Origin: a virus
Reading direction: 5' to 3' (one strand)
Length of the DNA stretch: 64,000 nt
IMG/VR virus record: IMGVR_UViG_2816332652_000003
Location: 2,167-66,166 of that record
The notes under the pieces are model-generated. The model did no database searches, was not told the origin of the DNA, and saw only the letters and a list, made by a program, of their open reading frames with translations. Positions 38,201 to 49,441 of the stretch are shown piece after piece. The position numbers were made by a program, and so were the translations under genes. The first letter of the stretch is position 1, and the number at the start of each line of letters is the position of its first letter.

Positions 38201-41200
38201 GTGGCGGATTTAATTCTCAAGTACCCTGAACTCGCTTCTCAGATAAGAAAAACTACAGATGGATGGATATTTGAAGGACAAGTCTTAGAGAAGTTGCGGC
38301 AAGCAAAAATAAAGAAGGCTCTAGATGATCTGAGAGCAGAAAGAGATGCAACTCGTTTTGTAGCTTTGGAGAGTTTAAAACGCATTCAATTCTACGGAAA
38401 AGAATTTGAGGCTATTACAACCTTTGCCGAAGCGAAACAAAAGATTGCAGATATTGAATCTGATATTGCAGAACAGCAAAAAAAGAATGCTGCGAATCCA
38501 CCGTTCTCTAATTTGACATCAAGCCTACCAGCCGGACTTGCCGATGCATTGAAAAGTCAAAGCGAGATGCTAAATAAGATGTCAAATGATCAGTTAGCCG
38601 GAAAAAAACAACGAGTGCAAGAGCTGAACGATATCATCAAGCAATATGCTGGGCAATTACAGTTGAGCAATGATCAAATTAAAGCTATGACTGAACTTCT
38701 CGAAGATGACACTTACGGGGTAGAAGACAACAACAAGGCTCGCAAAGAAACCGTAGAAATCATGACAGAGCTGCAGAAAGCGATCGAAGGGTATAACAAA
38801 TCACTTGAAAAATTGGACTCCCAGCAGAAACGTGTTGCGAAGTCATCCAAAGAATACCTTGATATACTGGCTGAGAAGCGTAAAGCGTTGCTGGAGGAAC
38901 AAAAACTCTACGAACAAGGATACAACGATCCATCACAACTCGTATCATCACAAGCAGAAATAACAACAAGTGGGGCACCATCTACAGATATCACTAAGAT
39001 GCTATCTACTGCTGTTGATTTAGCGAACTCTGGCGTGATGAAGTACAAACAAATACCAGGTAACTTTAATGGTTCGTTTGATGAGTTCAAACAACGAGCC
39101 TATTCGGATTGTTCCCAGTTTGTCCAGGAAATGTTTGAGACAATAGGTGTACAAGTGCCTAGAACTGCGGCTCAACAAGCTAAATCCGGACTGGCTGTTT
39201 CTAAGAATAACCTGCAAGCGGGGGACCTTGTATTCTTCAACACAACGGGTAAGGATAACTCACACGTTGGAATTTACATGGGGGATAGCAAGTTCATCCA
39301 AATGGGCAATTCCGGACTAAAGGTTCAGGATTTGAACAGTGACTATTGGGCGACAAAATACAACGGGGCAACTCGTGTTCCTGGTGTATCAATTGATAAT
39401 GCATCTCCGGGTTCGGCAACTGTTTCTCAGGCTAGTGGTGGCGTGAAGTATGCTGGTAAATATGCTGCTGAGATTAACGCTGCCGCCAATCAATTTAATG
39501 TTGATCCATACCTTGTCGCTGCTGTGATTCAACGCGAATCAACTTTTGGAGCTAAGGGCGTAACCAATGTCATGCAAGTTAATGGCATGAACAATGCGAC
39601 AGTAAAACAGAGTATTGATGCAGGAACGAAGATGCTCTCCGAGTTACTGAAGAAATCTGGTGGAGATGTCGCTATGGCTCTGGGCGGATACAACATGGGA
39701 TCGGGAATTATTGATTGGTTCAAAAAGTCTGGTGGATACAATAAAGCTGATATGGCTGCGTATTCAGAGAAATACAAGAAAGTTTATAAAAGCAAGGTAT
39801 ATGGTGATGTAGGATATGTTGATAAAATCTTAGCTGATTATTCTCCACAAAAGGCCGGTACAACTACACAACCTACACAGAAGCAATTGAAGGATGCAAA
39901 AAACACTGCTGATAGTGAACTACTTCGGATTAGTGATGAACTTTATAACATTGATGTTTCAGAACTTGAGAGTAAACTCGGTATCAAAGATATGAAAATC
40001 TCAGACAAAGAGTTGGCTTTAAAACAATCTGAAGCGCGGCAGAAAAACTTGAAGAAAGACTCCCAAGAATACAAAACCGAATATGAGCTTCAATTGAAAC
40101 TCAAAACAGAAATACAGAAACTGATGCAGGAGCAGCGTCAGATGATCGAACAGTCCGGGCTAAAATCGGATGAATTGACTAATAAGCGGCGAAGTCTGAC
40201 TGAGAAAATCGGGGATGTGCAGACCGAGAAAGAAGACATGAAGGATCAGTATGCCAGCGACCAATTTGATACCGCACAGGCGAATATGGAAGCTCGTGTT
40301 GAACGGATGCGTCAGCAAGGACGTTCCGAGATGGAAATGACCAAGACGCAACTTCAGTTTCATCAGGGACAACTCAAGAATACAGCTCTCACTGAGGAAC
40401 AACGTGTTGAATCAGCTAAACAAGTGTATGACTTGACGAACAAGGTTACGGATCTGAAATTTAAAAATTCAACGAATTGGATTGATAAACAAACGGATCA
40501 GATGGAGCGCCAAGGTAAGTCTGAGGTTGAAATATATCAGATGCAAGCTGAAGCTTACAATCGTATGCGAAACGATACCACACTAAAAGCAGAGCAACGA
40601 GCCGAAGCAGAGAAAATGTATCAAGATACTTCCAAAAATTGATTACATCTCGTTATGAATTTTCTGAAAAGTGGATGACTAAAGAAGCTTTGAAAATGGA
40701 AATGTCCGGCGCTCAAAAAGTAGACATCATGAAATGGGAGCTGCAAGAGTACCTGAAAATGCAGGCTGATAAAACCCTATCTGCTGAACAACAATGGGAT
40801 CTTGAACAGAAAATATATAAGCAGAGACTGGATTTAGATAAAGAATACTACTCTGCTGCTGAAAAACGGATCAACCACTTGAAGGCCATCGGCGAAATGA
40901 CTACTCAGCAGGAACTTGCAGAGTATATGAAGCTTCAGGCAGCTTACCTCGTAGGAAGCGATCAACGAATGGATGCGGATGAAAAGGTCTACGATCTCAA
41001 GAAAAAACTGATGGACGAAATGACCAAGGCAGTATCTGAATCGGTAACGAAACAGAAAAAGCTATTTGACAGCGCGAGAGATGAGGAAATTAAACGTATC
41101 CAAGCCGAAAAGGACGCGTTCACCTCAGCACAAGAAGCCAAAATCAAAGCCATAGATGATCTGATTCAAGCCATGGAGCGAAGTAATGATCAGGATGACT

Positions 41201-42162
41201 ATGAGAGACAGCGTGCAGAGAAAGACGCTCGTCTTGAAAAGCTCCAGTCTGCTGTTGGTCCAGAGGGTATTGCTGAGCGTAAACAAGTCCAAAAGGATAT
41301 TGAGGATCTGGATCGAGAACATGGTCGTAAACTTGCGAAACAGGCGCTCGAAGATCAGAAAACGGCGTTGCAAGAGGAAAAAACAACTCGTGAAAAAGAT
41401 TTTGACGATAAAATTCAAGATGCTAAATCACATTATGATAATCTTTCAGCAGCCTTTGATGAATTTTCTTCAAATACTGAATTGTCTGCCGAAAACCTGA
41501 AAAACATTCAGATACTGAAAGAGAGCGAGAAGAACGAAACGATCCTCGGAATGCTTGATGCATTTGTGCTGGAGTATCAGAGCCGTCTTGATCAGATTGC
41601 TGCGGCAAGTGCTTCACTTGGAGTGATTGATGTTTCCAGAGGAGCTTTGGCTCCAGGCACCGCTTCGAAGGACTCTTCATATCAAAAGGAAATCGATCTT
41701 TACACCTATAACGCTAATAAGGATGCTTGGGATGCAGCTAAAGCTCGTGGCGATGCTGAAACCATGCGACTCCTTCAAGAACAAAACGATGCCATTCGTA
41801 AGAAATATGGAATCGATAAAGACACAGGCAAACTCCAGCATTTTAGTGAAGGGGGAGTAGTCAAAGGTCCTCGCGGTGCGGCTGTCCCGGTTATTGCGCA
41901 CGCTGGAGAAGCTATCCTTAATGACCGACAGCAGGATTCGTTGTTTAATCTCCTAAACCTACGAATGCACAGACTAGACTTCACAATGCCTGAGTTCTCA
42001 GTTCCTCAAGGTTCAAACGGAGTAAATCCGGAGAGAACCAGTAATCAATTCGTAATTAAATCAGGAGATACTTATATCGCGGACGAATCGGCTGCGAAAG
42101 TCTTCTGGAGTGAACGTGATAATTTGATGCGGAGGATGCAGGCAAGGGGAGGTAAAGGCTGA
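35264..42162 (+). CDS. Tape measure protein with NlpC/P60 and SLT domains, split by a frameshift at about 40635
   Basis: TP901-like core. NlpC/P60 (SDCSQF...SHVGIY, ~39060-39385); lytic transglycosylase (VIQREST...MQV...GYNMG, ~39450-39845). ORFs 35264-40642 and 40639-42162 join if TCC-AAAAA-TTG had six As. Confidence 0.9.
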
Positions 42163-42719
42163 TGATTGATGCAACAGCGGATGGAAAGTCTTTCCGATCA
42201 ATCGGGCTTGGGTTGAAGAAACATAACATACCAGTGTTGCCGCCAACGAGGGACTACAGTGTTGAGATTGCAGGGCGTGACGGAGAAATCGACTTTGGAA
42301 GCACCTACGGTCCGAGAGTAATTAATTTGGAGTGTATCGTCATGGCTGATGATCCCACCTTTGACTACCATAGAAGAGTCGCCCAAGTGGCGGCTCTTTT
42401 TAATGCTAAAAAAGGGGATATCGTATTTACATTCGACGATTTACCAGGCAGAAGATACATCGGAAGATATGCCGGTACTCTTGATATTGAAAAGATTCTA
42501 TTCGATGGGGAACTGACAATTCCAATCAAAATGGGCGAACATCCTTTTCCGGAAAGCGATGAAAACATGCTGGAAGAAACTATTATTCATTCTCCGGAAA
42601 AGATCAAAGTAATTTCTTTGGGTGATGAACGCGCAAGTCCAGTGATTGTTTTAACCAACACAGGTTCCATAACAATTCAAAAGTTCAAGATTCAGAATGA
42701 ATACTTGTTAGAGGGGTGA
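42162..42719 (+). CDS. Distal tail (Dit) protein, N-terminal part
   Basis: EIAGRDG...YGPRVINLEC...FDDLPGRRY, immediately after the tape measure gene. Confidence 0.8.
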   Translation: MIDATADGKSFRSIGLGLKKHNIPVLPPTRDYSVEIAGRDGEIDFGSTYGPRVINLECIVMADDPTFDYHRRVAQVAALFNAKKGDIVFTFDDLPGRRYIGRYAGTLDIEKILFDGELTIPIKMGEHPFPESDENMLEETIIHSPEKIKVISLGDERASPVIVLTNTGSITIQKFKIQNEYLLEG

Positions 42720-42723
42720 TCTA

Positions 42724-43164
42724 ATGAACATCAGTAAGTATTTAGCGACCAAACAATTGAATGTATCAGCAAGAGGGGAAAAATTCACTTTCCCAGATAG
42801 GCTATATGTCGCTCTTTATAATTCCGATCCGACCTGGAATGATACGGGACAAGAGGTGTCCGGTGGAGGTTATGGCAGGCAAGTGATAACCTTTGCCGAC
42901 CCTGCTCAAATTACAGTTCAAGAGTTTAACCCGATCACAGGTGTATTGATGAATAACATACAAAAGATGTCCATCAAATCTGCGGCAGATGTAGCTTTTG
43001 CGGTAGCGACAGCCAATTGGAGTACAGTTACACATTTTGGTCTGCGGGACGCCGCTACAGGCGGAAACCTCTACTACTTCGGGACTCTCGAAACACCACG
43101 TAGCATTTTGAATAATGATATTTTCAAATTCTTGGCGGGTCAAGTTGAGATCCGCTTGAACTAA
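42724..43164 (+). CDS. Baseplate / tail-fibre attachment protein
   Basis: LYVALYNSDP...EVSGGGYGRQ...THFGLRDAATGGNLYY. Confidence 0.65.
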   Translation: MNISKYLATKQLNVSARGEKFTFPDRLYVALYNSDPTWNDTGQEVSGGGYGRQVITFADPAQITVQEFNPITGVLMNNIQKMSIKSAADVAFAVATANWSTVTHFGLRDAATGGNLYYFGTLETPRSILNNDIFKFLAGQVEIRLN

Positions 43165-43174
43165 GGAGGAATGA

Positions 43175-44443
43175 ATGATGCTTGAAACAATGTATCCGGC
43201 AGCGGTCAATAGCAGGCAAACCGAATTGGCTGCTGCAATCAATGACACACAAACCAGCTTTACAGTATTGGATGGATCTGTTTTACCTCCTGCACCGAAC
43301 CAACTGACGCTAGGGACGGATGAATCTGCTGAAACGATACTTTACACAGGAAAGAGCGGAAATGAGATCACAGGCATAACCAGAAGTTTTGAGGGTGTGG
43401 CTAAATCATGGGTAGCTGGAACGAAACTGGCGAGATACTTCACCGCCTACGATCACGAAACCTTTAGACAAAATGTCTCTGATCTTGATGAACGTATAAA
43501 CAATATCCCTGCGCCGGAAGATGCATCTTTGACCCAAAAAGGGATTGTTCAGCTCTCCAATTCAACGTCTGGAGATCGAGATAATATAGCAGCTACTGAA
43601 TCGGCAGTGGGTGCGGTACATCAGCAGGTCATCGATCTGGAAGATACATTAATTGAAACATCTCTTAACTATATCCGACAGCCTGGTTATGCTGTCACAA
43701 GTGGCACATCAACAGTTTACATCGCAACTCTTAGCCCTGCGCCTGCGACATTACCGGATGGATTTGGAATTACGATTGTGCCGCACGTTGCAAACGGAGC
43801 AAATCCTACCCTAAACGTCAACGGACTGGGAGCTGTTCCGTTAAAAGACCAAAAAGGAGTGGCGTACACGGCGGGTAAACTGATCGCTGGAAGGCCATAC
43901 ACATTTCGTAAAGTTGGATCGGATTTTTTGGCCGATAGCTCTGGTGGCTCTGGTAACGCAGTAGCGGGAGATATCAGAGCAGGGAAAACGGCGACAAACG
44001 ATGGCGGGGATGTCGTAGGAAACGTAGTTGTTCGGAATACGTCCCAAACGAGTATTACACCAACAACAAGTGCACAAACGCTGCAACCTGGAATTTATGA
44101 CTATCCCATTGTGGTAGCAGGTGTTCCCGCAGCAACAGCAGATCTGCTCACTCAAACTCAATCGGTGCCTGCGAATTCAAGTAGAGCTTTTAATTATGCA
44201 ACCCAACCTAATATAGCATTTGTTACTACAAGTGCATCGATGGCCCAACAGCACTCAATGATGCTACTGGGGCCTACTCCTAGAATTAACCATAACGGAA
44301 CTGTCCTTTTCACAGACACTTTGAACCCAAATTCTTACAACTCAGCCCTTTCTTATACGAGTTGGAATGGGTCAAGTTACCAAATATATAACAATAATGG
44401 CGTAGCAGCAAACCTCACTGTGGAAGCGTATTTCAAACGATAA
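43175..44443 (+). CDS. Tail fibre protein 1
   Basis: Fibre repeat DASLTQKGIVQLS...AATESAV; PHVANGANPTLNVNGLGA. Confidence 0.8.
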   Translation: MMLETMYPAAVNSRQTELAAAINDTQTSFTVLDGSVLPPAPNQLTLGTDESAETILYTGKSGNEITGITRSFEGVAKSWVAGTKLARYFTAYDHETFRQNVSDLDERINNIPAPEDASLTQKGIVQLSNSTSGDRDNIAATESAVGAVHQQVIDLEDTLIETSLNYIRQPGYAVTSGTSTVYIATLSPAPATLPDGFGITIVPHVANGANPTLNVNGLGAVPLKDQKGVAYTAGKLIAGRPYTFRKVGSDFLADSSGGSGNAVAGDIRAGKTATNDGGDVVGNVVVRNTSQTSITPTTSAQTLQPGIYDYPIVVAGVPAATADLLTQTQSVPANSSRAFNYATQPNIAFVTTSASMAQQHSMMLLGPTPRINHNGTVLFTDTLNPNSYNSALSYTSWNGSSYQIYNNNGVAANLTVEAYFKR

Positions 44444-44456
44444 GGAGAGGGTAAAT

Positions 44457-44693
44457 GTGAATTCTACAGAGTGGATCAAATCAAACTATTTGGTGGTTAA
44501 TGACCCCTATATAGGCGAATCTGTTTACTGGGGTAACGGAATTGTTTATTACGGCATCCTTACCCCAATAGATAAATTTATCGAGATGTTTGGTGATTTG
44601 ATCGAAGAGTCAATCGAATCTAATGTTGATGTTAAACAGGCAATTAGAAATAGCGATCCCGATAACATCAAAGGATTCAATGAAATACTGTAG
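44457..44693 (+). CDS. Small fibre-associated protein
   Basis: GTG start after GGAGAGG. Confidence 0.55.
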   Translation: MNSTEWIKSNYLVVNDPYIGESVYWGNGIVYYGILTPIDKFIEMFGDLIEESIESNVDVKQAIRNSDPDNIKGFNEIL

Positions 44694-44800
44694 CAGCGTT
44701 CCGACATCGGAGCACTATTTTTATGTCTGATTCCAGACCATTTAACAACTTATTAACTAAATCGTATAGTCCTAGTAACAACTTAATTTGGAGGGATTAT

Positions 44801-46321
44801 ATGCCGATTGAAACAAGTCGATTAAAACTGCCGTTACCTTTGGGAAATGAGAGTGTCAGCCGTGTGGGAATTAATACGATCTTTGAAAAGATTGATGATA
44901 GTGTTGCAACACAGGAAGATTTGGGAGAGCTCCGTCACCATACAGATAGAACAATTGGCATTCTTGATGACTTGCAAACAACGAACAAGGTAAACCTTGT
45001 TGATGCTCTCAACGAGGTTTTTACATCTGGCGTTAATGGGAAAGAACAGGTTTCATCCGCCATTATCGCCAAAGGGGGAACGGTAGCAGGGACTTCCCCG
45101 CATTCATTCCAACAGCTTGCAGACGGGATCGATACCATTGAGACATCAACAGTTATTAACGGCCAGCAAAAAGTTTTTCGAACCTATGCGGAAGCGATAT
45201 CAGCAAATGATCCGGTGTATGTGTCAACAACGTTTGTTCCAGATGTAACTATACCGGAGCGACCGGGGAATAATGTACTAGATCTGTCTTGGAGTCCTGA
45301 TGGTCAATATCTTGCTTGTCCTATCCAATCAGCTCCCTATCTCTATATATACAAATGTGTAGGTAAATCCTTAATCAAGTTACCAGACCCAGATGTTATG
45401 CCAACTGGGGCTGGATATAGCACAAGTTTCAGTCTAGACGGAAATTATCTTGCGGTTGCTCATAGCGTTTCACCATTCGTCACTATCTATAAAAGGACGG
45501 GTGATACATTTACCAAATTAGCCAATCCTGCGACATCACCGACTGGGGGTGGTCAAGGAGTAAGTTTCGATTTAGACGGGAATTATCTGGCGGTTTCTCA
45601 TAGTACATCTCCTTACATAACTATTTATAAACGGACAGGTGATACATTTACAAAATTGGCTAATCCTACGTCATTAGAGACGTCGTCAGGTCGGGCTGTA
45701 GCTCTCAGCCCAGACGGAACATACTTGGCAATCGCTCATTTCTCGTCACCTTATCTTTCTATCTATAAACGGACAGGTGATACATTTACAAAATTGGCTA
45801 ATCCCACTGCTTTGCCAAACGGTGTAGGTAATTGCGTGACATTCAGCAGAGACGGAAATACTTTAGCTCTAGTGAGCAGCAGCACTACGAATAATCTGCT
45901 GTTGTATAGTCGAAATGGTGATGTGTTTACTAAAGCTGACTTGACCTACACAATACCATCTACATCAGTTTATAGAGCAGCGTTTATATACTTCAATGAT
46001 GCCGTTTATTTGGCTATAGGTGTCAATCTTGATCCTTACGTTATTCTGTATCGGTTTGTAAACAACGAACTCGTGAGGCAACCTGATATTACTGGCTTGC
46101 CTGGGGGCAGTAACGGCTTGTCTGCTAATCCTAATGGCGAGTTATTAGCTGTAGGGCACGTGGGATTGCCGTACCTAACCGTCTACAGCGGTAACTACGA
46201 CTACGTTCGAAAAAGTACAAATTCAGTTACTAGCTTGTCGAACTATATGACTGGCGTGGGATATGCACTGGAAAGTGGGCAACGAGGGGAATTAAAGGAG
46301 ATTATGACGATATGGAGATAA
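44801..46321 (+). CDS. Tail fibre / RBP 2 with a beta-propeller
   Basis: Repeated blades (SxDGxYLAVxH..SPY.TIYKRTGDTFTKLANP) with a 46-aa period; RBS GGAGGG before ATG 44801. Confidence 0.75.
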   Translation: MPIETSRLKLPLPLGNESVSRVGINTIFEKIDDSVATQEDLGELRHHTDRTIGILDDLQTTNKVNLVDALNEVFTSGVNGKEQVSSAIIAKGGTVAGTSPHSFQQLADGIDTIETSTVINGQQKVFRTYAEAISANDPVYVSTTFVPDVTIPERPGNNVLDLSWSPDGQYLACPIQSAPYLYIYKCVGKSLIKLPDPDVMPTGAGYSTSFSLDGNYLAVAHSVSPFVTIYKRTGDTFTKLANPATSPTGGGQGVSFDLDGNYLAVSHSTSPYITIYKRTGDTFTKLANPTSLETSSGRAVALSPDGTYLAIAHFSSPYLSIYKRTGDTFTKLANPTALPNGVGNCVTFSRDGNTLALVSSSTTNNLLLYSRNGDVFTKADLTYTIPSTSVYRAAFIYFNDAVYLAIGVNLDPYVILYRFVNNELVRQPDITGLPGGSNGLSANPNGELLAVGHVGLPYLTVYSGNYDYVRKSTNSVTSLSNYMTGVGYALESGQRGELKEIMTIWR

Positions 46322-46617
46322 CGGGGATGAGTAAATTTTATTTTCAATTAGAAGGCAATATCATTCGTGATGCAATCACATATCCACACGATGGATATTC
46401 GGAAGTTGAGCTGGATGTAACACACTTGCCTGTTGGCATTAACGCAGGCTACTACCGTTTGCAAGATGGCGTGCCGGTTCTTGACCAGGCGCTGAAAGAA
46501 GAAGTGGAAAAGGCCAGTCGTTCGGGTGTTTACGTAGATCGGAATAACAAACAGGAAAACCCAAAGCAGAAAGCAAAAAGATGGTTGGAGAGATTAACTC
46601 GAAAAAACAGGGATTGA
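46312..46617 (+). CDS. Fibre-associated small protein
   Basis: IRDAITYPHDGYSEVEL...INAGYYRL. Confidence 0.55.
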   Translation: MEITGMSKFYFQLEGNIIRDAITYPHDGYSEVELDVTHLPVGINAGYYRLQDGVPVLDQALKEEVEKASRSGVYVDRNNKQENPKQKAKRWLERLTRKNRD

Positions 46618-46678
46618 TCAAAACAAAAGTATTGATTAACAAGCGTTCCAATAATGGAGCGCTATTTTTTATGGGAGA

Positions 46679-47209
46679 GTGAAGGCCGTGTTTAACAGAG
46701 GGGCTTTTAACCGCATGGCCTTTAACCGCCTAATATCCGTATTCGTCTTTGGCCGGGCAGTTGCTGACATATCAGGATCTGCTGTAGCTGCTGCAACGAT
46801 GGAAATGACGGGTTCGGCGGTTATGGATGTCAATGCGGGAGCGGCAGGGGATTTTGTCCGTGAAATCTCATTTGCGGCTGTTATGGATGTAGCTGCGGGC
46901 ACAAAGGCGGATTTCATTCGTGAGATTACCAAACGAGCTGTTATGAATGTCGGTTTTGGTGCAGTTGCCAAAGGCAGTAGGTACCATGTGGAGTTTCTTG
47001 AATTCACCGGACCATTCAAACCAGGTGATCAAGTTATCATTGATGCCAACACATACAAGATCACCCAAAACGGAGTGAATGTTTCACACTTGCTCGAAGG
47101 TGATTTCTTTGACTTAAATCTTGGAGAAAACAATCTCACATGGACAGATCCTGAAACAGGTAGAAACGTTCTGATCCGTGTTACACATAGAGACAAATTC
47201 CTGTATTAA
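46679..47209 (+). CDS. Tail component with a Dit C-terminal-like region
   Basis: FKPGDQVIIDANTYKITQNGVN...GDFFDLNLGENNL. Confidence 0.6.
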   Translation: MKAVFNRGAFNRMAFNRLISVFVFGRAVADISGSAVAAATMEMTGSAVMDVNAGAAGDFVREISFAAVMDVAAGTKADFIREITKRAVMNVGFGAVAKGSRYHVEFLEFTGPFKPGDQVIIDANTYKITQNGVNVSHLLEGDFFDLNLGENNLTWTDPETGRNVLIRVTHRDKFLY

Positions 47210-47221
47210 TTGAGGTGTGAT

Positions 47222-49423
47222 ATGCCTAACCCAACAATGAAAGTATTCGACAAAAATCTTCGGCGTGTAGGTACGCTGATAGACAGTCATGAAATTCAAC
47301 GAAGAAGACGTATTAACAGTGATTACGAGCTAACATTCATGGTCCCAATGACTTCGGATGATTACCGCGAAAAAATAGCAATCAAAGGCCACGTTCAAGA
47401 TGAGCGTGGCCAATTTTATGTCATTCAGTCTCGGAGCCGGTCTCGTGAAGGTCGTAAGCTCATGGCTTCAATCTATTGCAACCACATTATGTTCAAACTG
47501 AATGATTTCAAGTTTCCCTATACTTCATACATCGATGAAGCTTATGGCGTACATCTCAACGAACTGACGGAGTTAATTACAAAAGCTACAGGCGGGAGAT
47601 TTACATTTGTTCTCCATGATACGTTTGATTTACATGACGTGAAAGATTTTGGGCGGGGAACATGTCTGGAAGCTTTGAATAAAATCGTCGATATGTATGA
47701 ATGTGAGGTTGAACCTGATAATTTCGTTATTAACCTCAAGAAGAGAATCGGATCTGACCATGGCTTGCAGTATAGGCTCAAGAAAAACATCGTATCCAGT
47801 TCCTTCAAAGACAAAGGCGAATCCCTGGTAACCCGGATGTATGCTCAAATGAAAGATGGCCGGACATTCATCGGTATGGATGCATCCTTGCTGACGGATC
47901 TGGAAAGAAGTTTATTGTCGAGCATACCAGGAACGATTGTGAACGGTAAACTCGCGGTTAACTACCTCATATCACCATTTGCTCAATACTGGGCAAGTGA
48001 TTCAGTTCCATTTTATGATGGGGAGATCATTGAGCAGGATATTGAAGAAGCAAAGGACTTGCTGAAGGCTACACGTAAAGCGTTGCTTGAACAAGAGGTA
48101 GTTTCTCTGGAGGCAACTATCTCCACGGCAGACTTGTTTAAAATCGACCACACCGAACCTAAACCTCATTTGGGCGATGATGTCATGTGTATCGACCCGG
48201 ACATGGGCATGAATCGATTGAAAGCTCGTATCACTGAACTGACAGAGTATCCATACAGTATCGACAAGCATGCTGAACCGACAATCTCCAATATCAATTT
48301 AAGAGATTACGATGATATTATCAGTGACCTGGAACGAAATAAAAATATCACCAACAACCTGTTCTCAAATGGGAAGATCCGGACAGATGTTTTTGAATCA
48401 TTTGCCAAGCAAGCTGTTATTGATATCAACAACAGCAAAACCGAGCTGATCTATCCACCAGAAGGCGGGATACTTGCCCAAGAGAAAACGAATCCGTTGG
48501 AACAAGTCAGATTCACTTCTAAAGGGGTGGGAATATCCACTGACGGATGGAACTCAATTAGGGCTGCAATCACAGCACGAGGTGTTGTGGCGGAGCAAGT
48601 TATAGGTCAACTCGGTAACTTTGTCTCCATGCTAATTGGTAATGGTGAGGACATTGTCCAGGTCAATACAAACGGCATTGCAGCAGGAGCTTCCTCGTTT
48701 AATAATGCTCCTTTCAGACTAAACATGAAAGGTGACTTGATTGCGAATAGCTTAACTGCTAACTATGCCAATATTGAGTACTCAAACTTTAAAAATGGAG
48801 CAATAGTAGGTTCCTCAATAAACGTAGGCAATGGGATGTTCACAGTTACTTCAGGCGGAATTATGTCTGCTGTAGGAGCAAACTTCTCTGGATCAATTAC
48901 TGCTTCCACTGTAACAGGAACAAATATTAATGGGGGTACAATCACCGGTGCTTTGATCCGTACAGCAGCAAGTGGAAGGCGGATTGAGCAAGACTCTTTA
49001 GGATTCCGTTCGTATGATGCTGGTAATAGAGTACGTATACAAATTGCTACTACAGAGGATGCAACAGCAGCGGCAATAATTTGGAGAGATGCTAACGGGT
49101 CGTCAGTAGGGGAAATTAATTCTTATGATTCAAGCGGACAATTGACTATTTTCAGTAACAACCTGTTTCTTGGATCAAATAATACGGGCAATCCCATAAG
49201 GCTATATGGTCGTGTGATTTTTAGTGGACAGACTAGTGGATTGACACTAACTATAGATGATGTAAGCGGATTGAGACAGAGATTAACAAATTTACAATCA
49301 GATATAGATAATCTCACTCGCTTGTTCAATAATCATAGTCACAGTGTAACCTTGCCAACTCATAACCATGGACTTTCTAATGCTTCAAATTGGGGTGGGA
49401 CCTTCCCAACATCAACACCGTAA
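47222..49423 (+). CDS. Tail spike / Tal-like hub protein
   Basis: Prophage_tail-like N-terminus (YRLKKNI, LVTRMY, LGDDVMC); Gly/Thr beta-helical repeats in the C-terminus. Confidence 0.85.
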   Translation: MPNPTMKVFDKNLRRVGTLIDSHEIQRRRRINSDYELTFMVPMTSDDYREKIAIKGHVQDERGQFYVIQSRSRSREGRKLMASIYCNHIMFKLNDFKFPYTSYIDEAYGVHLNELTELITKATGGRFTFVLHDTFDLHDVKDFGRGTCLEALNKIVDMYECEVEPDNFVINLKKRIGSDHGLQYRLKKNIVSSSFKDKGESLVTRMYAQMKDGRTFIGMDASLLTDLERSLLSSIPGTIVNGKLAVNYLISPFAQYWASDSVPFYDGEIIEQDIEEAKDLLKATRKALLEQEVVSLEATISTADLFKIDHTEPKPHLGDDVMCIDPDMGMNRLKARITELTEYPYSIDKHAEPTISNINLRDYDDIISDLERNKNITNNLFSNGKIRTDVFESFAKQAVIDINNSKTELIYPPEGGILAQEKTNPLEQVRFTSKGVGISTDGWNSIRAAITARGVVAEQVIGQLGNFVSMLIGNGEDIVQVNTNGIAAGASSFNNAPFRLNMKGDLIANSLTANYANIEYSNFKNGAIVGSSINVGNGMFTVTSGGIMSAVGANFSGSITASTVTGTNINGGTITGALIRTAASGRRIEQDSLGFRSYDAGNRVRIQIATTEDATAAAIIWRDANGSSVGEINSYDSSGQLTIFSNNLFLGSNNTGNPIRLYGRVIFSGQTSGLTLTIDDVSGLRQRLTNLQSDIDNLTRLFNNHSHSVTLPTHNHGLSNASNWGGTFPTSTP

Positions 49424-49441
49424 TGTATCATAATAGGTAAA

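Noticed and set aside
40625-40642. Programmed -1 frameshift in the tape measure gene
   Set aside because: C AAA AAT is an imperfect slippery heptamer; a single-base indel is the simpler explanation (kept under the homopolymer finding).
45480-45810. DGR template/variable repeat pair
   Set aside because: No reverse transcriptase in the window; the repeats are in-frame propeller blades without adenine-specific differences.
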